Source: a phage
Assembly: GCA_034027115.1 (NCBI GenBank)
Contig: GCA_034027115.1_4703.1
Direction: 5' to 3' (one strand)
DNA length: 44,537 bases
The notes beneath the pieces are model-generated. The model was not told the DNA's origin and searched no databases. It saw only the letters and a list, made by a program, of their open reading frames with translations. Below are positions 38,407-44,537 of the stretch, piece by piece; the first letter of the stretch is position 1, and each line of letters opens with the position of its first letter. A program made the position numbers and the translations under genes.

Positions 38407-39368
38407 TGAGTTATACTTTCACAGAACATATAGCCAACGGTACGCAAGTAACCTATCCCTTTAGATTTGCTGGCAGGGATAAAGGCTATCTTCGTGCCTC
38501 AGATGTGATAGTGGAATCTCTTCAAGGTAACACTTGGATTGAGGTTACATCTGGCTGGCAACTAACTGGCACGCACCAGATTACTTTTGATGTAGCACCA
38601 GTTGCAGGTTTGAAGTTCCGTATTCGAAGGGAAGTACAAAAGGAGTATCCATACGCTGAGTTTGACCGTGGTGTTACCTTGGATATGAAGTCTTTAAATG
38701 GTTCTTTCATTCATATACTGGAGATTACACAGGAGTTACTTGACGGGTTTTATCCAGAAGGATACTTCATTAAACAGAATGTAAGCTGGGGCGGCAATAA
38801 GATTACTGATTTGGCTGATGGCACAAATCCTGGAGATGCAGTAAATAAAGGGCAGCTTGATGCCATCGACAAGAAGCATACAGATTGGAACGCCAAACAG
38901 GACATTGAGATTGCTGGCCTTAAGGCTGGTATGACTTCTGGTATTGCGCACAGAACTGTTCCTTGGTACACGATAGCCAAAGTTGGTGAGATTTCCGTAA
39001 AACCACCTTATGAATTTCAAGATGCACTAGTTTTCCTTAATGGGGTGTTGCAGCACCAAATTGTAGGCGCATACTCTATAAGCAACAACACTATCACTTT
39101 CGCAGAGCCGCTTGTGGCGGGTACAGAGGTGTATGTGCTGATTGGTAGTCGTGTGGCTACATCTGAACCTAATATTCAGTTAGAGTTGAACTTTGACTTA
39201 GTAGAAGGCCAACAAGTAGTACAGATTGGCTCTGCATTTAAGTACATTGAGGTCTACCTTGATGGATTATTACAACCTAAACTTGCTTATCAGGTAGACG
39301 GTGACATTGTTACTTTCTCAGAAAGAGTACCAGAATGCCGGATGACTGCTAAGATTATCACAGCATAA
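38406..39368 (+). CDS. Tail fibre N-terminal-domain homologue acting as tailspike adaptor.
   Basis: GGAGG SD; ATG overlaps upstream stop (TGATG); about 320 aa, the size of a gp17 N-terminal domain without a receptor-binding part, as in SP6-like phages where separate tailspikes dock on an adaptor. Confidence 0.8.
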   Translation: MSYTFTEHIANGTQVTYPFRFAGRDKGYLRASDVIVESLQGNTWIEVTSGWQLTGTHQITFDVAPVAGLKFRIRREVQKEYPYAEFDRGVTLDMKSLNGSFIHILEITQELLDGFYPEGYFIKQNVSWGGNKITDLADGTNPGDAVNKGQLDAIDKKHTDWNAKQDIEIAGLKAGMTSGIAHRTVPWYTIAKVGEISVKPPYEFQDALVFLNGVLQHQIVGAYSISNNTITFAEPLVAGTEVYVLIGSRVATSEPNIQLELNFDLVEGQQVVQIGSAFKYIEVYLDGLLQPKLAYQVDGDIVTFSERVPECRMTAKIITA

Positions 39369-39377
39369 GGAGGTGGG

Positions 39378-39572
39378 ATGATTAACTCCGAACTGGTAGA
39401 TAGTGGTGTGAAGCTTGCGCCACCTGCACTCGTATCAGGTGGGTACTTCCTCGGTATCAGTTGGGATAATTGGGTGTTAATAGCAACATTCATTTATACC
39501 GTGTTGCAAATTGGGGACTGGTTTTATAATAAGTTCAAGATTTGGAGGGAGAAGCGTGAGCGTACACAATAA
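39378..39572 (+). CDS. Holin (T7 gp17.5-like, class II).
   Basis: AAGGAGG SD; WVLIATFIYTVLQIGDWF resembles the T7 holin core (WFYVAAIAYTVVQIG); basic C-terminus. Confidence 0.75.
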   Translation: MINSELVDSGVKLAPPALVSGGYFLGISWDNWVLIATFIYTVLQIGDWFYNKFKIWREKRERTQ

Positions 39573-39855
39573 ACATGCAGCTACAGAGGACGAGGTTGGC
39601 ATTCTGCATGGTGCTATTACCAAAATCTTCAATAAGAAAGCACAGGCAATACTGGACACTATAGAAGAAGACCCTGATGCAGCATTACATTTAGTGTCTG
39701 GTAAGGATATTGGTGCGATGTGTAAGTGGGTTCTTGATAACGGCATTACCGCCACACCTGCTGCACAGCAGGAAGAGTCCAAGTTATCTAAGCGCCTCAA
39801 GGCTATCCGAGAGGCATCCAGTGGTAAGATTATTCAGTTTACAAAAGAGGAGTGA
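39556..39855 (+). CDS. Putative terminase small subunit (positional call; GTG start after GGAGGG).
   Basis: About 99-aa ORF between holin and large terminase as in T7 gene 18; no motif I can verify. A promoter-like AATACTGGACACTATAGAAGAAG lies inside at 39646..39668. Confidence 0.45.
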   Translation: MSVHNKHAATEDEVGILHGAITKIFNKKAQAILDTIEEDPDAALHLVSGKDIGAMCKWVLDNGITATPAAQQEESKLSKRLKAIREASSGKIIQFTKEE

Positions 39856-39856
39856 T

Positions 39857-40300
39857 ATGCATAGATGGTGTGAATCTCAAGGTTATACCATCTTACCTTC
39901 TGGTGTCATCCTTTCAAAGGGTGGCACCCCTCTCAAACCATTCAAGGCGGGTAGGGGTTATTTAGCAGTTAAAATTAAAAATAAAGAAGGTAAATGGCGT
40001 AATGTCTATGTTCATCAATTAGTGGCTTATAAGTATTTACCTAAAACTAATAATGAAGTAAACCACAAAGACGGCGATAAGCACAACAATGATGTTAGCA
40101 ACTTGGAGTGGGTAACAAGAAGCGAGAATAACTATTTAAAATGCAATGGAAATGATAGGAGTGCCTTAAATAGCTATTTAGCAAGATTAAAAGATTGCTT
40201 CTTGCAAGGTAAGGGTGTAGCAGAAACCGCTAGACTTACTGGTAAAAGTGAACCAAGAGTTTCTTCTCTCTTTAAGGAGTGGCGAAATGGCAAAGGCTAG
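39857..40300 (+). CDS. HNH endonuclease inserted between the terminase subunit genes.
   Basis: AGGAG SD; NHKDGDKHNNDVSNLEWVTRSEN HNH signature; overlaps the large terminase start. Confidence 0.8.
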   Translation: MHRWCESQGYTILPSGVILSKGGTPLKPFKAGRGYLAVKIKNKEGKWRNVYVHQLVAYKYLPKTNNEVNHKDGDKHNNDVSNLEWVTRSENNYLKCNGNDRSALNSYLARLKDCFLQGKGVAETARLTGKSEPRVSSLFKEWRNGKG

Positions 40301-42185
40301 AGAATCACAGGCAGAGGCATTAAAGCGGTGGGAAAACCTTAAAGAACTACAAGACACTTTTAAATATACAGCGGAAGGTTTGCTTCTCTTTGCAGATACA
40401 GTTATCCATAACTTGATTGCAGGCAACCCTCATCTGATTCGTATGCAGGCTGATATCTTGAAGTTCCTATTCTACGGACATAAGTATCGCCTCATCGAAG
40501 CGCCTCGTGGTATCGCTAAGACAACACTATCAGCAATCTATACGGTATTTCGTATTATCCACGAACCTCATAAGCGTATCATGGTTGTATCCCAAAACGC
40601 TAAGCGAGCAGAGGAAATCGCAGGTTGGGTAGTTAAAATCTTCCGTGGCCTAGACTTCCTTGAGTTTATGCTGCCGGATATCTACGCAGGGGACCGTGCA
40701 TCCGTTAAGGCGTTCGAGATTCATTACACCCTACGTGGTAGTGATAAGTCTCCTTCTGTATCCTGTTACTCAATCGAAGCAGGTATGCAAGGTGCTCGTG
40801 CGGATATTATCCTAGCGGATGACGTAGAGTCGATGCAGAATGCTCGTACGGCAGCGGGCCGTGCCTTGCTTGAGGAACTGACTAAGGAGTTTGAATCTAT
40901 CAACCAGTTTGGGGATATCATTTACCTTGGTACGCCTCAGAACGTAAACTCTATCTACAACAACCTACCTGCTCGTGGTTACTCTGTTCGTATCTGGACT
41001 GCGCGTTACCCTTCAGTAGAGCAAGAGCAATGTTATGGCGACTTCCTTGCACCTATGATTGTTCAAGATATGAAGGACAACCCAGCACTTCGCTCAGGGT
41101 ACGGGTTGGATGGTAATAGTGGTGCACCTTGTGCCCCTGAAATGTATGATGATGAAGTCCTGATTGAGAAGGAAATCTCTCAGGGTGCTGCTAAGTTCCA
41201 GCTTCAGTTCATGCTTAACACTCGCATGATGGATGCTGACAGATACCCATTACGCCTGAACAATCTAATCTTCACCTCGTTTGGTACAGAGGAAGTCCCT
41301 GTGATGCCTACGTGGAGTAATGATTCCATAAACATCATTGGTGATGCACCTAAGTATGGTAACAAGCCTACGGATTTCACGTACAGACCTGTAGCTCGCC
41401 CATACGAATGGGGTGCTGTCTCCCGCAAGATTATGTATATTGACCCTGCGGGTGGTGGTAAGAACGGAGACGAGACGGGTGTAGCCATCGTATTCCTGCA
41501 CGGCACATTCATTTATGTGTATCAGTGCTTTGGTGTACCTGGCGGATACCGAGAGTCGTCCCTGAATCGCATTGTGCAGGCCGCAAAGCAGGCGGGTGTT
41601 AAAGAGGTATTCATTGAGAAGAACTTTGGTCATGGCGCGTTTGAGGCGGTAATTAAGCCGTACTTTGAACGAGAGTGGCCTGTAACTCTGGAAGAGGATT
41701 ACGCCACCGGACAGAAAGAGTTGCGTATCATTGAGACGCTGGAGCCGCTCATGGCAGCACATAGGCTTATCTTCAATGCAGAGATGGTGAAGTCAGACTT
41801 TGAGTCGGTACAGCACTATCCGCTTGAACTACGCATGTCCTACAGTCTTTTCAATCAAATGTCGAACATAACGATTGAGAAGAACAGCCTCCGGCACGAT
41901 GACCGCCTAGACGCCCTGTATGGCGCTATACGGCAATTAACTTCTCAGATAGACTATGACGAGGTTACACGGATTAATCGCCTCAGAGCGCAGGAGATGC
42001 GCGATTACATCCATGCTATGAATACACCTCATCTACGCAGGGCAATGCTATATGGAGATTACGGTACTGAGCGAAGAGTGACCAACACTTCCGTAGCGAT
42101 GCAGCAGCGAGTTTACGGGCAGAACTACCGAAATAAATCGGCAAGCAGAAATACACTTTCTGCAAGGATTTCAAGGACTTATTAA
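40287..42185 (+). CDS. Terminase large subunit (T7 gp19-like).
   Basis: Walker A-like PRGIAKTT, ADDVES, YLGTPQ, KFQLQFMLN, IETLEPLMAAHRLIF and HDDRLDAL motifs match the gp19 family; AAGGAG SD before ATG 40287. Confidence 0.95.
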   Translation: MAKARESQAEALKRWENLKELQDTFKYTAEGLLLFADTVIHNLIAGNPHLIRMQADILKFLFYGHKYRLIEAPRGIAKTTLSAIYTVFRIIHEPHKRIMVVSQNAKRAEEIAGWVVKIFRGLDFLEFMLPDIYAGDRASVKAFEIHYTLRGSDKSPSVSCYSIEAGMQGARADIILADDVESMQNARTAAGRALLEELTKEFESINQFGDIIYLGTPQNVNSIYNNLPARGYSVRIWTARYPSVEQEQCYGDFLAPMIVQDMKDNPALRSGYGLDGNSGAPCAPEMYDDEVLIEKEISQGAAKFQLQFMLNTRMMDADRYPLRLNNLIFTSFGTEEVPVMPTWSNDSINIIGDAPKYGNKPTDFTYRPVARPYEWGAVSRKIMYIDPAGGGKNGDETGVAIVFLHGTFIYVYQCFGVPGGYRESSLNRIVQAAKQAGVKEVFIEKNFGHGAFEAVIKPYFEREWPVTLEEDYATGQKELRIIETLEPLMAAHRLIFNAEMVKSDFESVQHYPLELRMSYSLFNQMSNITIEKNSLRHDDRLDALYGAIRQLTSQIDYDEVTRINRLRAQEMRDYIHAMNTPHLRRAMLYGDYGTERRVTNTSVAMQQRVYGQNYRNKSASRNTLSARISRTY

Positions 42186-42205
42186 TTACTGGACACTATA
42201 GAAGG
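42184..42205 (+). promoter_or_regulatory. Phage promoter immediately after the terminase gene (AATTACTGGACACTATAGAAGG).
   Basis: Near-exact consensus; positionally like T7 phiOR. Confidence 0.7.
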
Positions 42206-42346
42206 AAGGCCCAGATAATAAGAGAAAATAATAGGTAATATATAGTTTAACCTAGGTTATATAGGTATGCCTTAGTATGGGTGTACTCCTGTACACCCTA
42301 TTCCTTACTACCTTACTATATTTACATAATAGGAGAGAGAGAGACA

Positions 42347-42625
42347 ATGGCTAAGGATTATAGTAGTCAACCATTAACAGGTAAGTCTAAGAGAGAGCAG
42401 GTACAACCTGTAAGTGAAGAACTAATGCTTCCGGTAATCAAAAAAGAGGAAGCTAGTAAGAAAAGCAATGCTATTAATGATGCCACCAAATCAGGTAAAC
42501 AGAAAGGTGCAATGGTGTGCCTTGAAGGGAAAGATGGTATATTGAAGATTGCTATCGCGGTTGATGGCAAAGAAGATTCAGAGTGGAAGTTAGTAACAGT
42601 GGTATCAACTGTTAAACCATTTTAA
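42347..42625 (+). CDS. Small protein, paralogue A (about 92 aa) with SGKQKGAMV-LEG motif.
   Basis: AGGAGAGAGAGAGA leader then ATG; shares a near-identical 27-nt segment (tcaggtaaacagaaaggtgcaatggt) with the next gene. Confidence 0.6.
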   Translation: MAKDYSSQPLTGKSKREQVQPVSEELMLPVIKKEEASKKSNAINDATKSGKQKGAMVCLEGKDGILKIAIAVDGKEDSEWKLVTVVSTVKPF

Positions 42626-42643
42626 GATAAGGAGGAAGATTAC

Positions 42644-42934
42644 ATGGCTGAATATGGTACTGCAGGTTCTGTTACTGGTCAGGTTTTTCGAGTAAAAGCA
42701 GTACAAACTATTGCAACGGCAATCCCGATGCCTGTTGTTAAAGCAGCAGACCTTAATAAAAAAGATCACCCTATCAACATCAAACATTTATCAGGTAAAC
42801 AGAAAGGTGCAATGGTTGCTCTTGAGACAGATGCCGAAACCTTATGTATTGCTGTTGCACGTGGTAGTGAACCAACAGACCCTTGGGATGTAACTGGCAT
42901 GGAATCGACCGCTGTCATTCCAACAGGTGGATAA
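42644..42934 (+). CDS. Small protein, paralogue B (96 aa) with SGKQKGAMV-LET motif.
   Basis: TAAGGAGG SD; same conserved segment as paralogue A. Confidence 0.6.
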   Translation: MAEYGTAGSVTGQVFRVKAVQTIATAIPMPVVKAADLNKKDHPINIKHLSGKQKGAMVALETDAETLCIAVARGSEPTDPWDVTGMESTAVIPTGG

Positions 42935-42936
42935 TA

Positions 42937-43281
42937 ATGCTTAACAAATACTTCAAGCGCCGTGAGTTCGCTTGCCGTTGTGGGTGCGGTACATCCACTG
43001 TTGATGCTGAATTACTACAAGTAGTCACAGATGTGCGTGAGCACTTTGGTTCTCCTGTAGTTATCACTTCGGGGCACCGCTGTGCTAAGCACAATGCTAA
43101 TGTAGGAGGGGCTAAGAACTCCATGCATCTTACTGGTAAGGCTGCTGACATTAAGGTACGAGGCATCTTACCTTCTGATGTACATAAGTATCTTACTGAT
43201 AAGTACCAAGGCAAGTATGGTATTGGTAAGTATACCTCCTTTACTCATATTGATGTACGTAACGGGTGTGCACGATGGTAG
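42937..43281 (+). CDS. Endolysin, peptidase M15-type zinc peptidase.
   Basis: SGHRCAKHNANVGGAKNSMHLTGKAADIKV matches the M15 signature (His/Asp zinc ligands); start taken at ATG 42937 (ORF track frame begins 42883). Confidence 0.85.
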   Translation: MLNKYFKRREFACRCGCGTSTVDAELLQVVTDVREHFGSPVVITSGHRCAKHNANVGGAKNSMHLTGKAADIKVRGILPSDVHKYLTDKYQGKYGIGKYTSFTHIDVRNGCARW

Positions 43282-43389
43282 GTTGTGTTGCATGGTGTGA
43301 ACGCATGGTTGCTAAGGCTTCAGAGGAAGGCAACTATGAAGATTGGCAGAACTACTCAACTTTATTAGCTCAATGGAAAGAGAGATGCA

Positions 43390-43539
43390 ATGAAAAAGCT
43401 GTTCAAATCTAAGAAGGTTGTAGGTGCACTAGTTGCATTGGCAATTGCTCTTGTTTCTGTAGGTCTTGGTGTAGACCTTGGCTCTGGCACGGAATCCTCT
43501 GTGACAGATGTGGTCTGCCAAGTGATCACCTGTGAATAA
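43390..43539 (+). CDS. Possible small membrane protein (49 aa) in the lysis cluster.
   Basis: Basic N-terminus followed by one hydrophobic helix (VVGALVALAIALVSVGLGV); weak SD; below ORF-track cutoff. Confidence 0.35.
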   Translation: MKKLFKSKKVVGALVALAIALVSVGLGVDLGSGTESSVTDVVCQVITCE

Positions 43540-43753
43540 GTTTCTAGAAGTGCTGGCAGGTCTTATTGGCCTGCTTGTCTCTGCTAAGAAGAAACAAGAA
43601 GAGAAGGAGGCACAAAGTGAAGCGAATCATGTTAGTGACAATCCTGCTGATTGGTTCGCTGACCACTTCCGGGTGTCAGCAGGCGTTACCAGAGAAAGCA
43701 ATGGTGAAACCTCTGAGGCCGACGCTGACGGAAGTTTACGAGGTAGACGATAA
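43532..43753 (+). CDS. Candidate i-spanin (Rz-like); start uncertain (GTG).
   Basis: N-terminal transmembrane segment FLEVLAGLIGLLVSA then a charged region; contains the o-spanin candidate in another frame. Shorter than typical Rz proteins. Confidence 0.45.
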   Translation: MNKFLEVLAGLIGLLVSAKKKQEEKEAQSEANHVSDNPADWFADHFRVSAGVTRESNGETSEADADGSLRGRR

Positions 43754-43823
43754 GGTCTGCTTTAGTAAGCCTGACGCTACAAAAATTAGGTTTGTATATT
43801 CTTTCGCTAGAACGCGGATATAA
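43629..43823 (+). CDS. Candidate o-spanin (Rz1-like outer-membrane lipoprotein) overlapping the i-spanin candidate in a different frame.
   Basis: MLVTILLIGSLTTSGC: short hydrophobic signal with lipobox-like TSGC; Pro-containing mature part. Confidence 0.5.
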   Translation: MLVTILLIGSLTTSGCQQALPEKAMVKPLRPTLTEVYEVDDKVCFSKPDATKIRFVYSFARTRI

Positions 43824-43856
43824 TTAATACATAGCTTTATGTATCAGTGTCTTACG

Positions 43857-43880
43857 ATTTACTGGACACTATAGAAGAGG
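43857..43880 (+). promoter_or_regulatory. Phage promoter, consensus copy, upstream of the tailspike gene.
   Basis: ATTTACTGGACACTATAGAAGAGG. Confidence 0.7.
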
Positions 43881-43958
43881 TAAGATAGCGCCGTTCTTTT
43901 GAGCGGCCTATTACTAGCCAATCTTCATAGGGAGGGTTGGAAAGTAATAGGAGATAGC

Positions 43959-44537
43959 ATGGCTAAATTAACCAAACCTAATACTGAAGGAATCTTGCAT
44001 AAAGGACAATCTTTGTATGAGTACCTTGATGCGAGAGTTTTAACATCAAAGCCGTTTGGTGCTGTAGGTGACGCCACTACTGATGATACGGAGGTTATAG
44101 CTGCTTCATTAAACTCTCAGAAAGCTGTCACAATCTCAGACGGTGTATTCTCTAGCTCTGGTATTAATAGTAATTACTGTAACTTAGACGGTAGAGGTAG
44201 TGGGGTGCTAAGTCACTGTTCCAGTACAGGTAACTACTTAGTATTTAATAATCCACGTACAGGTCGCTTAAGTAATATTACGGTAGAAAGTAATAAGGCG
44301 ACTGATACAACTCAGGGACAGCAGGTATCTCTTGCTGGTGGAAGTGATGTTACTGTAAGTGACGTTAACTTCTCAAACGTTAAAGGTACTGGTTTCAGTT
44401 TAATCGCATACCCTAATGATGCGCCACCTGATGGTCTTATGATTAAAGGCATTCGAGGTAGCTATTCAGGCTATGCTACTAATAAGGCAGCCGGATGCGT
44501 ACTTGCTAACTCCTCAGTTAACTCCCTCATAGATAAC
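43959..44537 (+). CDS. Tailspike protein, N-terminal portion (3' end beyond the window).
   Basis: AGGAG SD before ATG 43959; no stop through the window end; FGAVGDATTDDTEVIAASL matches the N-terminal signature of pectate-lyase-fold tailspikes; not in the ORF track because it has no stop. Confidence 0.8.
   Translation, partial: MAKLTKPNTEGILHKGQSLYEYLDARVLTSKPFGAVGDATTDDTEVIAASLNSQKAVTISDGVFSSSGINSNYCNLDGRGSGVLSHCSSTGNYLVFNNPRTGRLSNITVESNKATDTTQGQQVSLAGGSDVTVSDVNFSNVKGTGFSLIAYPNDAPPDGLMIKGIRGSYSGYATNKAAGCVLANSSVNSLIDN

Noticed and set aside
41265-41762. 165-aa minus-strand ORF
   Set aside because: Antisense to the terminase large subunit gene, which has unmistakable motifs on the + strand.
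1-44537. Bacterial defence island or integrated prophage
   Set aside because: No integrase, attachment-site repeats, tRNA or host genes; gene content and order are those of a virulent T7/SP6-like phage. Any previously undescribed system here is phage-encoded, not a chromosomal defence locus.

Overview
The window reads as an essentially complete genome of an SP6-like T7-supergroup podophage (Autographiviridae), with every credible gene on the + strand. It is permuted: it opens inside a tailspike gene (2..1273), passes a second tailspike (1358..3409), crosses a ~1 kb noncoding genome-end region (about 3540..4500), then runs through early genes including a T7-type Ocr DNA mimic, the single-subunit RNA polymerase (6956..9583, SP6-type by recollection), primase-helicase, DNA polymerase, exonuclease, endonuclease VII, a metallophosphoesterase, DNA ligase, portal, scaffold, capsid, tail tube A/B, three internal virion proteins (one with an embedded lysozyme domain), tail adaptor, holin, terminase, endolysin and a spanin pair, and closes inside another tailspike ORF (43959..44537). 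At least 13 copies of a phage promoter (consensus ATTTACTGGACACTATAGAAG, differing from SP6 at -12 to -10) and six copies of a 16-bp perfect palindrome punctuate the genome. No tRNA, rRNA, CRISPR array, integrase or bacterial defence island was seen by eye. The most novel candidates are the uncharacterised early-gene block, the palindrome family, a tandem paralogue pair after terminase, and accessory enzymes (phosphoesterase, GNAT). All homology calls are from reading the translations and recalled protein families; none was confirmed by a search.
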